This document shows, piece after piece, positions 35,798-46,930 of a DNA stretch of 64,000 nucleotides; positions within the stretch are counted from its first letter, which is position 1, and every line of letters starts with the position of its first letter. The notes below the pieces were generated by a model, which was not told where the DNA came from, did not search any database, and saw nothing but the letters and a program-made list of their open reading frames with translations. Source of the DNA: an uncultured Verrucomicrobiae bacterium (GTDB lineage: Bacteria; Verrucomicrobiota; Verrucomicrobiia; Chthoniobacterales; JAFAMB01); contig CAVXLD010000003.1 in assembly GCA_963762565.1 (NCBI GenBank), positions 576,001 through 640,000 on the forward strand, given 5' to 3'. The translations under genes and the position numbers were made by a program.

Positions 35798-38347
35798 TCA
35801 GCCCGCCCAAGTGATCAATCGTAATTCATGATCTTGGATCAAGTGCGGATGGGTCGGGATCACGCGCAAGTTGAATCCATAGCTGCCGCTATCAGAGGTC
35901 GTTATATCGCCGGTGAAGCGGAACCAACCCGGGGTCTCTTTCTTCTCAAATTGCGGTAGATCGACCGCATACGGGTGGTCCAGTGAGCCATTGTCCGTCG
36001 CTCCGATGTAGGCCTGAACCCGAACATAGGAAGGATCGACCGGGCCCAAGAAAACATTGGCTGATATCGTCAGCTTTTCTCCCACAAATAACCTACTGCC
36101 TTGAGGAGCGACCTCCACTTCATGGATTTTGACCTGCGCCCAATCGGTCCTGGTCTTGTGTTTCCAATCGGCCAGCTCAATCGCAGCTGCGCATCCTTGG
36201 GCCGACAATGCGCGAAAAGAAGCAGCCGCCGCCTCATATAAACGCTCGTTGTACTCTTTGACCATCCGATGAGTGTTGAAAACCGGAGTAACGCTGCGAA
36301 TGGATTCTCGCATCAGCTGGAGCCAGGCCAGCGGCAACTTACCATCCGGCTTTGCGTAATAGAGCGGGATGATCTGGTTTTCGAGAATGTTAAAGAGGCT
36401 GTCGATGTCTACTTCGGTTTGGAACTGGACGCTGCCCCCCTTGATTTCCGGTCCGATCGGCCATCCGTTTCTTCCGTTATAGCCTTCACACCACCACCCA
36501 TCGAGAACGCTGAAGTTCAGGCCACCGTTTGGGGGCAGCTTCATGCCGCTGGTGCCGCTGGCTTCCAATGGCCGAAGTGGATTATTCAGCCAAATGTCTA
36601 CCCCCTGGTAAAGCCGGCGACCGATGTAGGTGTCGTAGTCCTCAACGAAAACTAAGGCTTCTTCCAAACCTGCTTCCCGTGACGCCTGATAGACCTCTTG
36701 AATGAAGCGTTTACCAGGTTCGTCTTTGGGATGAGATTTACCGGCGAAGACGAACTGAACCGGGCGCTCTTTGTTCTGAATCAGTTTGAGCAGCCGCTCC
36801 TTATTCGCTAGCAAGAGAGTGCCTCGCTTGTATGTCGCGAAACGGCGGGCAAAGCCGATGGTCAAGATTTCAGGGTGCAAGAGGTTATTGACCTTGCGCA
36901 ACTGCTCCGGCGATTCGCCGATGCGAGTCCTCTGAATGCGAATGCGGTCCCGTAGGAACTCGATCAGCCTGACCTTCAGTAACTGATGTGTTCCCCACAG
37001 GACCTCATCGGGTATATCGATCACCCGTCGCCAATATTCGCCGTCCGTTAGATGTTCTTCCCAGTCCGGTCCTAAGTACCTTTCGTAGAGCCGATGAAAT
37101 TCCGGAGCCGTCCAAGTTTTGGTGTGGATACCGTTAGTGATGCTGGTAATCGGCACCTCGGAAAAGGGTACCCCTGCCCAAACATCTTTCCACAAACCCC
37201 GGCTAACCTCTCCGTGCAGCTTGCTGACTCCGTTCGCGTGACGGCTCGTGCGCAGGGCCAAGATCGTCATGCTGAAAGAATTGTCGCGGTTGACCGCTGG
37301 CTGTCCTAATCCAAAGAACTCGTCGAATGCGATTCCCAGATCGCGTGGATAATCGCCCAGGTAACGGCCGATCATCTCCCTGGAAAATGCGTCATTTCCA
37401 GCAGGAACCGGTGTATGCGTTGTAAAAATATTCGACGAAGCAACCACCTGGAGGGCCGTGTAATAATTCAGCCCCTTTGTCTGTGCATATTGGCGGATCC
37501 GTTCAATCGATAGAAAGGCGGAGTGCCCCTCGTTCATGTGATACACGTCCGGCTTGATCCCGAGGGCGTCGAGCGCGCGGACACCGCCGACTCCCAAAAC
37601 GACCTCTTGCCGGATTCGCATTTCTAAATCTCCGCCATACAGCTGCTGGGTGATCAATCTGTCTTCCGGAGAATTTTGCTGAACATCCGTGTCTAGCAGG
37701 TGCAACCGGATCCGGCCGATCTGGAGCACCCACACTTTGGCGGTTACCTTCCGGCCTAGAATGTCAACGGTAACCGAAACCACCTGATCGCCGTTTCGCG
37801 CCTCCGATACCGGCAGGTGGTGAAAGTTTTGGTTCAAACTGACCGCTTCTTGCCAGCCGTCCTTATTGATCTCCTGTTTAAAGTAGCCATGCCGATAGAG
37901 CAGGGTGACAGCATGAAAATTGAGATCGAGATCGCTCGCTGATTTGCAATGGTCTCCGGATAGAATCCCAAGTCCGCCTGAGTAGTTCGGCACAGATTCG
38001 TGGAAACCGAATTCGGCCGAGAAATAGGCGATGCATATCGAATTCTGGCGCGAGCGCCGATAGGTGTCGGTACGCGCCATGTAAGCCTCTAACTTCTCAT
38101 GAACGTCTTTCATGGCGCGCAGGTAGTTGTCATCCGAGGCCAACTCGACTAAGCGCGCTTGTTTGCACAATTGCAGCATGCGGATCGGGTTATGATTCGT
38201 CCGGTCCCAGAGTGCAGGATCTAGATCGCGGAAAAGCTTGCGAGCGTCCGGTTCCCAAGTCCACCAGAGGTTCCGGGCAATCTCGTCGAGCGGTTCAAGC
38301 GCTGCTGGTAAGCGCGGCGACACATTGAAGCTCTTAATAGGATGCAT
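35798..38347 (-). CDS. glgP: Alpha-glucan (glycogen) phosphorylase
   Basis: YSGGLGILSGD, HMNEGH, FARRFATYKR and EASGTSGMK motifs. Confidence 0.96.
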   Translation of the reverse strand: MHPIKSFNVSPRLPAALEPLDEIARNLWWTWEPDARKLFRDLDPALWDRTNHNPIRMLQLCKQARLVELASDDNYLRAMKDVHEKLEAYMARTDTYRRSRQNSICIAYFSAEFGFHESVPNYSGGLGILSGDHCKSASDLDLNFHAVTLLYRHGYFKQEINKDGWQEAVSLNQNFHHLPVSEARNGDQVVSVTVDILGRKVTAKVWVLQIGRIRLHLLDTDVQQNSPEDRLITQQLYGGDLEMRIRQEVVLGVGGVRALDALGIKPDVYHMNEGHSAFLSIERIRQYAQTKGLNYYTALQVVASSNIFTTHTPVPAGNDAFSREMIGRYLGDYPRDLGIAFDEFFGLGQPAVNRDNSFSMTILALRTSRHANGVSKLHGEVSRGLWKDVWAGVPFSEVPITSITNGIHTKTWTAPEFHRLYERYLGPDWEEHLTDGEYWRRVIDIPDEVLWGTHQLLKVRLIEFLRDRIRIQRTRIGESPEQLRKVNNLLHPEILTIGFARRFATYKRGTLLLANKERLLKLIQNKERPVQFVFAGKSHPKDEPGKRFIQEVYQASREAGLEEALVFVEDYDTYIGRRLYQGVDIWLNNPLRPLEASGTSGMKLPPNGGLNFSVLDGWWCEGYNGRNGWPIGPEIKGGSVQFQTEVDIDSLFNILENQIIPLYYAKPDGKLPLAWLQLMRESIRSVTPVFNTHRMVKEYNERLYEAAAASFRALSAQGCAAAIELADWKHKTRTDWAQVKIHEVEVAPQGSRLFVGEKLTISANVFLGPVDPSYVRVQAYIGATDNGSLDHPYAVDLPQFEKKETPGWFRFTGDITTSDSGSYGFNLRVIPTHPHLIQDHELRLITWAG

Positions 38348-38484
38348 AATTTCTTTTTGTTCATCGGACGTAACGCCGATGCGATCGGCTACATCAACGC
38401 CCGTCGCGGCTTATGGCAAGCACGAAAAATGCCTAAGGAATGAAACGCCGGGAAAGAGCAGCGGCAGGGCGAAAATCTCGGCGT

Positions 38485-38874
38485 TTACTTGACACCTCCG
38501 ACGGTGAAGCCTTCGGCTTCGAGCGTCGCCCGGATTTTGGCGACCTGGTCGCCCTGAACTTCAATGATCCTGTCTTTTACCGTGCCGCCGGTGCTGCAGG
38601 CCGTACGCAATTTTTTAGCCACTTTCTCTATGATGGAAGCGGGTAGGTGAGTGGCAAAATCGTAGACTATCACGACGGTTTTTCCACCTCGATGGGCGGT
38701 TTCCCGCCGGAGCAGGACCCGTCCCATTTTCCAGAGGAGTTCATCTGGGCTGGGCCCAGGCGGACTTATATCAGCAGGTAACGCGAGGTTCAGATTTTCG
38801 AGTACCGGTCCGAGGCCGGACAAAGGCGGCGCGTTCGGATTCGTGTCGATGCGCGTTTTTGGTTTCTTTTTCAC
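38485..38874 (-). CDS. SUI1/eIF1-family translation initiation factor (YciH-like)
   Basis: RRE..HRGGKTV and KKLRTACSTGGTVKD..IEVQGD motifs. Confidence 0.88.
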   Translation of the reverse strand: MKKKPKTRIDTNPNAPPLSGLGPVLENLNLALPADISPPGPSPDELLWKMGRVLLRRETAHRGGKTVVIVYDFATHLPASIIEKVAKKLRTACSTGGTVKDRIIEVQGDQVAKIRATLEAEGFTVGGVK

Positions 38875-38925
38875 GGTAACCTCACTAGGGGGTCTCAGGG
38901 CTGCGAAAGCTCGCCAGGCATACCC

Positions 38926-39029
38926 AGAATGACAAATGAGAAATGACAGATGACAAATAAAATCATCCTTCCGGGATTCCGGCAGAAAGCCGGCTATTTG
39001 TCATTTGCCATCTGTCATTTGTCATTCTC
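38926..39029. repeat. Inverted (AAATGAC)n/(GTCATTT)n heptamer hairpin
   Basis: agaatgacaaatgagaaatgacagatgacaaat ... atttgtcatttgccatctgtcatttgtcattct. Confidence 0.85.
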
Positions 39030-39081
39030 GGATCGATCGCAAAATCTCCGGAGACCTGTGATCGATCCCGTCCACACGCGA

Positions 39082-40017
39082 TCACGCCTGCCTTCGATAA
39101 GCCCCAGGGGTCGAACCGGTCTCTCTCCGGAACACTTGAGCGAAGTGGCTAGGGCTGGTGTAACCCAGTTCCAGTCCGATTTCGATGACGCTTCTGCGAG
39201 TCTGGCGTAGCAGGGTCCTCGCTCGTTCCATCTTCAGGCTGATGAAATATTGGGAAGGCGATCGCCCGGTTGTCCTCTTAAACATCCGGCTAAAATGGAA
39301 TTCGCTCATTTCGGCTTCCCGGGCCAAACGGCCCAACGAGAAGTCATCTGCCAGACTGCTGGCCATCAAATCGGAGATCCGGCGAAGCGTGAACCCCGGC
39401 AAACCCCAGCCTTTGCGTTGGTCCTGCATTTGTCCCGAAACAAAAGTGTAGTTGCGAGCCAGGTGAACAGCCAAGGCTTGAGCGGCGCCCTGTACGAAGA
39501 ACGGGCTGGCCCGCTGCCCAAGGTGGAGCTCGACTAAAAGACGTTCCATTAAGCTAGCCAGGAAAGCGTCTTGGAAACCGGAGATATCACGTAAGCTCAC
39601 CGCCTCCGCATCCTTGCCAAATACATCTTTCATGGCTCGCGTTAAGACTGGGAGAGCGAGCGACACGACCATCGCCTGATACGGGAGAGGTCCGATGACC
39701 TTCCAGCGCATTTCGTAGAGCGGTCCTGGGGCGGTGAGAAAGAAATCTCCTTTGGTGATATTGGTCGTGAGCCAACGTCCACCGATTTCGCGTTCCTCGA
39801 ATTGACAACTCCCCGCTAAAATCCAGACGATCTGAGGCTCCTTCGTTTCGGACATGATCCTTCCTTTTTCGATGGCAGGAAGGTCGATCGTTTCCACCTG
39901 CAAGTCTCTCCAGGCCCGGCCCACACTGGTAGACGTAATCTGGACCATGCGACCACCAGCAGCTGCCGCAGCCGGCGCGATTTCAGGAGCTTCGCTTATC
40001 GCCACGTTGTCAACCAT
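39082..40017 (-). CDS. AraC-family transcriptional regulator
   Basis: MSEFHFSRMFKRTTGRSP and LGYTSPSHFAQVFRRETG double HTH. Confidence 0.93.
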   Translation of the reverse strand: MVDNVAISEAPEIAPAAAAAGGRMVQITSTSVGRAWRDLQVETIDLPAIEKGRIMSETKEPQIVWILAGSCQFEEREIGGRWLTTNITKGDFFLTAPGPLYEMRWKVIGPLPYQAMVVSLALPVLTRAMKDVFGKDAEAVSLRDISGFQDAFLASLMERLLVELHLGQRASPFFVQGAAQALAVHLARNYTFVSGQMQDQRKGWGLPGFTLRRISDLMASSLADDFSLGRLAREAEMSEFHFSRMFKRTTGRSPSQYFISLKMERARTLLRQTRRSVIEIGLELGYTSPSHFAQVFRRETGSTPGAYRRQA

Positions 40018-40066
40018 AACAAGCAGTTTGCTAGCCGCAAACGGTAGCGTATGGGCGTGTTTTGGC

Positions 40067-40281
40067 TTGGTGGGGCGAGGCTCCCGAAAGGCTGTAAAGT
40101 TTCAGCAGGGAAATCGGTACCTGCCAGCTCACGCGATGAGCTAGGCCTATAAATACGCCGAGCCGTGGCCCAGTGCTGGACGACGGCTCGGCCCGCGTAT
40201 GGAGTAGCAGTATGCTTCGCTTGGCGAAAGCCATTCACTTCGCCATTATGTTTCGGTCTTTTGGGAGCCTCGTCCCACCAA
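40067..40281. repeat. Family D element
   Basis: TTGGTGGGGCGAGGCTCCC ... GGGAGCCTCGTCCCACCAA with inner GCCGAGCCG/CGGCTCGGC boxes. Confidence 0.87.
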
Positions 40282-40316
40282 TGCTTCGCCGTTACGCCCA
40301 TACGCCGACCCGCTCC

Positions 40317-41588
40317 CTACAGCGCCCAGACGGTCTCGCCGGCCACGATCGTTCGCACGGCTCGTCCCTTCAAATTCCAGCCTTGAAAGGGCGTGTTACG
40401 GGACCGAGACAAAGTGTCTTCTTTATTGTAGGTCCATTCGCGGTCGGGATCGATAAAGGTAATATCCGCGTCTGCCCCGACAGCTAGAGTGCCTTTTCTG
40501 ATCCTCATCAGATACGCCGGGTTGACCGTGTACATGGCGATCAGCTGTTCAAGCGAAATGGCCTTTTCCCGGTGGAGCAGAATGGTCAAGAAAAGGGCAA
40601 GCTCAGTCTCAAGCCCGATGATTCCGAACGGCGCCTGGTCGAATTCGACTTCTTTTTCAAAACCGGCGTGAGGCGCATGATCGCTGGCCAGGATCGTGAT
40701 GGTCCCATCAGCGACGCCTTCGATCAGCGCATCGATATCCTCCTGCGTGCGCAGCGGCGGATTCATTTTAAAGCTGGAATCAAACGAGCAGATGGTTTCG
40801 TCCGTGAGAGCGATATGATGAGGGCACAGCTCACCGGTGACGGGAATCCCTCGTCCGCGGGCGTTGCGTAACAACCGGACGCTACCCGCTGAACTCAAAT
40901 GCTGGCAATGAATTCGCGTGGAACACAGCTCGGCTAAGAGAATGTTCCGCATCACCATGATCTCTTCACCCGCGCGTGGCCAGCCGGGTAGCCCAAGCAC
41001 GGTGCTCCAGTAGCCCTCATGCATGACTCCGTCACCGACCATATTGTAGTCCTGACAGTGATCCAAAACCGCCAGATCAAACATGCGGGCATATTCCACC
41101 GCCCGGCGCATCAGCTCGTGATTTTGGACGCAATGCCCGTCGTCCGTTATGGCCACGATGCCGGCTTGCACCATTGATCCGATCGGGGCCATTTCTTGGC
41201 CGGCCAAATCGCGGGTTATAGCGCCAGTCGGGAAAACATTTACTCGTGCGGTTTCGCGAGCCCGATCGATTATCCAAGCCACTCCGCTCGGGCCGTCGGT
41301 TGGTGGGTTGGTATTCGGCATGCATACCACCGAAGTGAACCCCCCGGCGGCCGCGGCCTGGCTTCCGGTGGCCAGCGTTTCTTTATGCGTCTGTCCCGGC
41401 TCACGAAAGTGGACATGCATGTCGATCAGACCAGGCGTCACCACCAAATTCTCGGCCCCAATGACCGGAGAGTTCTCTGGCGGCGGCTCGGCCGAGATCT
41501 TTCCGTCGACCACATAAATATCTGCGATCTCATTTCGGCCGTTGGCCGGATCGATCACATGGCCGCCTCGAATCGTAAGATCTTTCAT
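40317..41588 (-). CDS. pyrC: Dihydroorotase
   Basis: [27 protein letters not shown] and SDHAPH motifs. Confidence 0.96.
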   Translation of the reverse strand: MKDLTIRGGHVIDPANGRNEIADIYVVDGKISAEPPPENSPVIGAENLVVTPGLIDMHVHFREPGQTHKETLATGSQAAAAGGFTSVVCMPNTNPPTDGPSGVAWIIDRARETARVNVFPTGAITRDLAGQEMAPIGSMVQAGIVAITDDGHCVQNHELMRRAVEYARMFDLAVLDHCQDYNMVGDGVMHEGYWSTVLGLPGWPRAGEEIMVMRNILLAELCSTRIHCQHLSSAGSVRLLRNARGRGIPVTGELCPHHIALTDETICSFDSSFKMNPPLRTQEDIDALIEGVADGTITILASDHAPHAGFEKEVEFDQAPFGIIGLETELALFLTILLHREKAISLEQLIAMYTVNPAYLMRIRKGTLAVGADADITFIDPDREWTYNKEDTLSRSRNTPFQGWNLKGRAVRTIVAGETVWAL

Positions 41589-42550
41589 CGCTGTTTTCTT
41601 GCTGCCGTTGAACAGAGATAAAGGACCGCCATACGCACGGCGAGACCGTTTGCGACCTGGTCGAGGATGACGCTTTGAGAGCCGTCGGCTACATCACTAT
41701 CGATTTCGACACCCCGATTGATTGGCCCTGGATGCATGACTAAACAGTGCGGTTTAAGTCGCTGGGCGCGTTCTTTGGTAAGGCCAAAGAAACGCACGTA
41801 CTCGTTTAGGGTGGGGAAATATTCTTTACGCTGCCGCTCGTGCTGGATCCGGAGCAGGTTTATCACATCGAGCTCTCCGAGGATGTCGTCCAGGCTTCGA
41901 ACCACGGTAACGTCCATCGATTCAAAAGCGCGCGGCACGAGCGTACTCGGCCCCACTAAGAACACGTTTGCGCCTAGTTTCTTCAAGGCCCAGATATTTG
42001 AGCGAGCGACCCGGCTAAAGAGGATGTCTCCAACAATGGCAACTTTTAAGCCCTCAATTCGCCCAAGTCTCTCCCGGATTGTGAACACATCGAGCAGCGC
42101 CTGGGTTGGATGCTCGTGAGCACCGTCGCCTGCGTTAATCACGCTTGCGGCCAATCGCTCAGCCAAAAATTTCGAGGAGCCGGCCGCACTGTGTCGCAAG
42201 ACGATTATATCTGCGTGTAGAGCCTGGAGATTGAGAGCAGTGTCCTTTAGTGATTCCCCTTTTTGGAGGCTGGAGCTGGAAGCCGAAATGTTGACGACGT
42301 CCGCGCTTAACCTGAATGCGGCGAGTTCAAAAGAGGTGCGGGTTCGCGTGCTCGGTTCAACGAAGAAATTAACCAGCGTCTTACCCCGTAATGCGGGCAC
42401 CTTTTTGATGTCGCGGGCGCCTACCGTCTTAAAGGCTCCGGCGGAATCGAGGATAGTATTGATTTCCGATGGCGCCAGCTCTCGGATACTAAGGAGATCT
42501 TTGCGGACCCAATCTTCCCTGGCATCCAAAGTCGGCTCGGGTGTTTTCAT
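41585..42550 (-). CDS. pyrB: Aspartate carbamoyltransferase catalytic subunit
   Basis: [29 protein letters not shown] and HPGPINRG motifs. Confidence 0.96.
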   Translation of the reverse strand: MKTPEPTLDAREDWVRKDLLSIRELAPSEINTILDSAGAFKTVGARDIKKVPALRGKTLVNFFVEPSTRTRTSFELAAFRLSADVVNISASSSSLQKGESLKDTALNLQALHADIIVLRHSAAGSSKFLAERLAASVINAGDGAHEHPTQALLDVFTIRERLGRIEGLKVAIVGDILFSRVARSNIWALKKLGANVFLVGPSTLVPRAFESMDVTVVRSLDDILGELDVINLLRIQHERQRKEYFPTLNEYVRFFGLTKERAQRLKPHCLVMHPGPINRGVEIDSDVADGSQSVILDQVANGLAVRMAVLYLCSTAARKQR

Positions 42551-43086
42551 GGCTTGTCGACGCGGACGGAATCGACTTCGTGATCGACTTCTCTCAAGCG
42601 CACCTTGACTAGCTCTGAGCGCGAGGTGGGTAGACTTTTGCCGACGTAATCAGGTCTGATGGGAAGTTCTCGATGGCCCCGATCGATTAAGACCGCATAC
42701 TGGATTCGAGCTGGACGCCCGAAGGAGCTAATCGCATCCATGGCGGCGCGGCAGGTCCGCCCGGTAAAAAGGACATCGTCAACCAAGACCAGAGTTAAGT
42801 TTTCCAGATGAAGTGGCAGCTTGGTTTCCTGGACCCTCGGTAAGCGGGAACGCAGGCTTAAGTCATCTCGGTGCATCGAGATGTCCACGATACCGGTTTC
42901 AGGAGGTGTGCCTTCGATTTGGCCGATCAGATGGGCGATGCGTTGAGCGAGCGCGGCGCCCCTTTGCGGGATTCCGGCGACTAAGCAATTCTCCGGATGA
43001 GGGTTGTGCTCGAGGATCTCGTGAGCAATCCGGCGAAGGGAACGGGCGATCTCGTCCTCGTCCAGGATCAATACAGAGCTCGACAT
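42547..43086 (-). CDS. pyrR: Pyrimidine regulatory protein / uracil phosphoribosyltransferase
   Basis: [18 protein letters not shown] and [16 protein letters not shown] motifs; start ATG 43086. Confidence 0.95.
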   Translation of the reverse strand: MSSSVLILDEDEIARSLRRIAHEILEHNPHPENCLVAGIPQRGAALAQRIAHLIGQIEGTPPETGIVDISMHRDDLSLRSRLPRVQETKLPLHLENLTLVLVDDVLFTGRTCRAAMDAISSFGRPARIQYAVLIDRGHRELPIRPDYVGKSLPTSRSELVKVRLREVDHEVDSVRVDKP

Positions 43087-43091
43087 AACAC

Positions 43092-43124
43092 ACCTTCGCG
43101 ACCTCACTGGATCGCCTTAAAGGT
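43092..43124 (-). promoter_or_regulatory. PyrR-binding RNA stem-loop overlapping the pyrR ribosome-binding site
   Basis: Minus strand ACCTTTAAGGCGATCCAGTGAGGTCGCGAAGGT matches the CUUUAA..AUCCNGNGAGGU..AAG PyrR loop; ends 5 nt before the ATG. Confidence 0.88.
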
Positions 43125-43154
43125 CACCTACTTTAACTGACAGCGTAAAAAAGG

Positions 43155-43367
43155 CTACGCTTTAGTTGCGCGCTGACGGCGCTCGCGCCAAGCGGAGCGA
43201 TGCTTAACAATCCAGTCTAGCAGGGCTCTCTCGAAGCCGATGTCGTAGCCGGCTTTTTCGCTTTCAATCCACTTATGCCTCAGAATCTCTTCGCGCTCGG
43301 CTAAGAACTCCTTATACAACACTGAATTTTTAACCAGCTCGGAGGCGTCTTCTTTCGGGGGTTCCAT
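43155..43367 (-). CDS. Small DUF4032-like protein
   Basis: EREEILRHKWIESEKAGYDIGFERALLDW motif. Confidence 0.8.
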   Translation of the reverse strand: MEPPKEDASELVKNSVLYKEFLAEREEILRHKWIESEKAGYDIGFERALLDWIVKHRSAWRERRQRATKA

Positions 43368-43449
43368 CGATTTGGTAATCCGGAGTCTGTCGATAATTTT
43401 GTTAAGGAGTCAAATCAAAACCGACGTTTTGTTCGGACTCCGAACAAAT

Positions 43450-44511
43450 TCATGCCGCCTTTTCCACCCCGCGGCGTAGTTCGTCTGCAATAGAAAGGAA
43501 GATAGAGGATACGCTGCTTTTCGGATCTTCGAGAACCACTGGCATCCCACGGTCTCCAGCTTCCCGAGTGGCCACATCAATTGGCACTTCTCCCAGCAAC
43601 GGAACTTGTAGACGGGCGGCTTCGCGTTTGCCGCCGCCAGAACCAAAAATGTCGTAACGCTTACCATCGCTGGGTGATACGAAAAAGCTCATGTTTTCGA
43701 CGAGACCAAGCACCCGAACATTCACTTTGGCGAACATGGCGCTCGCCTTGCGGGCATCGATCAAGGCGACTTCTTGAGGAGTGGTAACGATTATGGCGCC
43801 GGAAAGCACAACTGTTTGTACGATAGTGAGTTGGATATCGCCAGTACCCGGCGGCAGATCGAGAATCAGATAATCCAGCCCTGACCAGTCGACTTGCCGT
43901 AGAAACTGTTGGGTAGCTCGAGTTACCATCGGGCCACGCAAAATCGCGGGTGAATTGTCATCCAGCAGAGATCCCATCGAGATCAATTTGATCCCATACC
44001 GTTCGATTGGCAGGATCGTGTTGTCGGAAGTCGCCATGGGTTGCTCCTGGGTGGCTCCGAACATCAAAGCTATGCTTGGCCCGTAGATGTCGCAGTCACA
44101 GAGGCCAGTCTTCAATCCTCGCTGTTGCAAAGCCGCAGCCAGGTTCGCCGCCACGGTCGATTTTCCCACGCCGCCCTTGCCGCTGGCTACTGCGATGACA
44201 TGTTTCACACCACTGATGCCGGTGGCCCCGGATCCAGCTATCCCCTTGCCGGTGTCCGGCGGGCTAGAGATATCGATGACGATCCGAGCTGACGTTACCC
44301 GCGGAATTGTACCAATCGCATTTTCGGCATCTCGTTTGATCGCTTCCGGCACCGCTGGATTACTGGTCGCGACCGCGAGGCGCACTAGTACGTCGCCCCC
44401 CGAAAGCTTGATCTCTTTCACCAAGCCGAAACTGACTATATCCCGGCTGTAGCCGGGAAATTTCACCAATTTCAGTCGATCAAGGATGGTGGACTCAGTG
44501 AGATCAGCCAC
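43450..44511 (-). CDS. mrp: Mrp/ApbC Fe-S cluster carrier ATPase
   Basis: SGKGGVGKST, DIYGPS, DLPPGTGD and ENMS motifs. Confidence 0.95.
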   Translation of the reverse strand: MADLTESTILDRLKLVKFPGYSRDIVSFGLVKEIKLSGGDVLVRLAVATSNPAVPEAIKRDAENAIGTIPRVTSARIVIDISSPPDTGKGIAGSGATGISGVKHVIAVASGKGGVGKSTVAANLAAALQQRGLKTGLCDCDIYGPSIALMFGATQEQPMATSDNTILPIERYGIKLISMGSLLDDNSPAILRGPMVTRATQQFLRQVDWSGLDYLILDLPPGTGDIQLTIVQTVVLSGAIIVTTPQEVALIDARKASAMFAKVNVRVLGLVENMSFFVSPSDGKRYDIFGSGGGKREAARLQVPLLGEVPIDVATREAGDRGMPVVLEDPKSSVSSIFLSIADELRRGVEKAA

Positions 44512-44515
44512 AATG

Positions 44516-44647
44516 CGTTATAGGTTTTAGGTTTTAGGTTATAAGTTACACGTTATAGGTTTTACGTTTTAAGTCGCGCGTTGCCGCGCGTAGGACGCTT
44601 CAGGTCTCAACCTAAAACCTACAACTTAAAACGTATAACCTTTAACT
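44516..44647. repeat. Inverted heptamer arrays (GGTTTTA/GGTTATA ... TAAAACC)
   Basis: taggttttaggttttaggttataagtt ... acctaaaacctacaacttaaaacgtataacc. Confidence 0.82.
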
Positions 44648-44773
44648 GTTCGTAGCCGTAGCGGAGTTCGGGATGAGCAACCAACCGCAGAACCGAGGAA
44701 AGTCAATGTATGGGATGCTCGAGGCGCGAAGTGTTTGGTCCGAAGCATTTCGCGGGTGGAAAGAATTCAGCCT

Positions 44774-45071
44774 AGGCCCAACGCCTGGAGGGGAGCCGCT
44801 TTGGCATGTCGCCCGTGACCTCGCGATATCTGGTTCAGTGCGCCGTCTGGCCAATCAATGTAGCAGCGGGCGGCTCCCGGGAATAACCCAGCGCGAGGCA
44901 TTTACCCAACGCTTTCTATGCGTTTACACCCGAACCATAGAGCTGCCACCCGATGGATCGTTCCCGGGAGCCGCTTGTTCTCACACGGTTCGGCTGGACT
45001 AACGATGAGAGGAAAGGCCGCGAGGGTGGAGAGATACACGCCAAAGCGGCTCCACTCCAGGCGTTGGGCCT
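44774..45071. repeat. Family E element (GGAGGGGAGCCGCTTTGG arms; inner GCGGCTCCCGGGAA boxes)
   Basis: Inverted outer and inner boxes; homologs at 46737, 54752, 58449 and 60055. Confidence 0.9.
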
Positions 45072-45168
45072 CTCTAAACTCCTTCACCGCTTCGCGCCTC
45101 CATCTTGGTTGCGTCTCGCAACAATCGGGCTTTGAGTAAACCGGAGGGACGAAGAAGACACTTTTGCT

Positions 45169-46632
45169 ATGAATCCTATCGAAACTTTGAAAAAGCGGGA
45201 TCTTTTGCGGGAGCAATGTTTTGTCGGTGGTAGTTGGGTTAAAGGAAATAAGACTGTCGACGTCGAGGACAAGGCTTCAGGCGAACGGATTGCTGGGGTT
45301 CCGTATTTTGGAACCGAAGAGACTAAAGGGGCAATCGATCAGGCCCATCAGGCGCTGCCTGCCTGGCGCAAAAAGACTCCGGTTCAACGCTCGGTGTTGC
45401 TGAGAAAATGGTTCGACTTGATGACGGCCAACGCCGGCGATCTGGCCAAGCTAGCCACCGCGGAGAGCGGTAAGCCTTTGAAAGAATCGGAAGGAGAGGC
45501 GGCTTATGCGGCGGCTTATCTCGAGTGGTACGCGGAGGAAGCAAAACGCATCTACGGGGACGTGATTCCGAATGCGAATCCGGATCAGCGGATTGTTGTG
45601 ATTAAGCAAGGCGTCGGTGTCTGCGCGGCGATTACCCCCTGGAATTTTCCATTGGCCATGATCACTCGGAAGGCGGGGCCAGCACTGGCGGCCGGATGCA
45701 CCATCGTCATCAAGCCGGCTACCGAGACGCCCCTATGCGCCTTAGCTCTGGGCGTTTTGGCTGAAGAAGCCGGTTTTCCGCCGGGAACAGTGAATGTCCT
45801 GACTGGGGACGAGGTCGCCATCGGTAAAGAGCTAACCGGCAACCCGGATGTCCGCAAAGTCACCTTTACTGGGTCAACTCCGGTCGGAAAATTGATCGCG
45901 AAACAAAGCGCCGACACGCTGAAGAAAGTTACGATGGAGCTTGGTGGTAATGCGCCTTTCATTGTCTTCGCTGACGCGGACGTCGACAAAGCGGTGCAAG
46001 GCGCCATTGCGGCTAAGTACCGGAATGCCGGGCAAACCTGTATCTGCACGAACCGCTTCTTAATTCACAACAAGGTGTTTGATGAATTTACGGACAAATT
46101 TTCCAAGCAGGTTGCTAACTTAAAGGTAGGGAGCGGCTTCGAACCGGGTGTCGACATCGGGCCACTGATCAGCCGGGAAGCCGTCGATAAGACTCGGTCT
46201 TTTATCGCTGATGCGACCGAGAAAGGCGCTGAGGTCACCATCGGTGGTCGGCCTCACGGGCTGGGTGGATTGTTTTTTGAGCCAACTGTGATCACCAAAG
46301 CGACGCCCAAAATGCGCTTTTTCCAGGAAGAGATCTTTGGGCCGGTCGCGCCGCTCTATTCATTTGAAGATGAGAGCGAGGTAATCGACTTGGCCAACAG
46401 TACGCCCTACGGTTTAGCGAGCTATTTCTATGGCCGTGATATTGGCCGAGTCTGGCGCGTCGCTGAAGCTCTTGATTACGGCATGGTTGGCGTAAATACC
46501 GGACTGATCTCAAACGTGATGGCGCCCTTTGGCGGAGTAAAGGAATCCGGTTATGGCCGCGAAGGCTCGAAGTATGGTCTGGATGATTATATGGCCATAA
46601 AATATATCTGCCTGGCAGGGATAGAGTCGTAG
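45169..46632 (+). CDS. gabD: NAD(P)-dependent succinate-semialdehyde dehydrogenase
   Basis: ITPWNFP, FTGST, MELGGNAP, RNAGQTCIC, EEIFGP and PFGGVKESG motifs. Confidence 0.93.
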   Translation: MNPIETLKKRDLLREQCFVGGSWVKGNKTVDVEDKASGERIAGVPYFGTEETKGAIDQAHQALPAWRKKTPVQRSVLLRKWFDLMTANAGDLAKLATAESGKPLKESEGEAAYAAAYLEWYAEEAKRIYGDVIPNANPDQRIVVIKQGVGVCAAITPWNFPLAMITRKAGPALAAGCTIVIKPATETPLCALALGVLAEEAGFPPGTVNVLTGDEVAIGKELTGNPDVRKVTFTGSTPVGKLIAKQSADTLKKVTMELGGNAPFIVFADADVDKAVQGAIAAKYRNAGQTCICTNRFLIHNKVFDEFTDKFSKQVANLKVGSGFEPGVDIGPLISREAVDKTRSFIADATEKGAEVTIGGRPHGLGGLFFEPTVITKATPKMRFFQEEIFGPVAPLYSFEDESEVIDLANSTPYGLASYFYGRDIGRVWRVAEALDYGMVGVNTGLISNVMAPFGGVKESGYGREGSKYGLDDYMAIKYICLAGIES

Positions 46633-46687
46633 GAACGCTTCGTCTCGCCCTCGTCGTCGTCCTTCCGACTTCGCCGGCTTCCTGGTT

Positions 46688-46930
46688 GTGGAGCGCGCCT
46701 CGCTTGCGAGGCCGACTTCGAGCGGTTGGCAACATAGCTCCCGGGCATAACTCAGCGCGAGGCAATTACTCAACGCTTTCGATGCGTTTACGCCCGACAC
46801 CAGGGAGTTGCTAACCGACGGGTCGATCCCGGGAGCCGCCTGTTCTCGCGCGTTTCGGCCGGACTGGTAATGAGACGAATGTTGCGAGGCTGGCGGGATA
46901 CACCAAAGCGGCTCCCCTCCAAGCCTTGGG
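46688..46930. repeat. Chimeric element: family A left arm joined to the right two-thirds of family E
   Basis: GTGGAGCGCGCCTCGCTTGCGAGGCCG at 46688-46714; 46737-46930 aligns to about 44874-45068. Confidence 0.82.

Noticed and set aside
44516..44570. TTTTAGG units resembling telomeric repeats
   Set aside because: Short, degenerate, internal and paired with an inverted array; one of several heptamer types here
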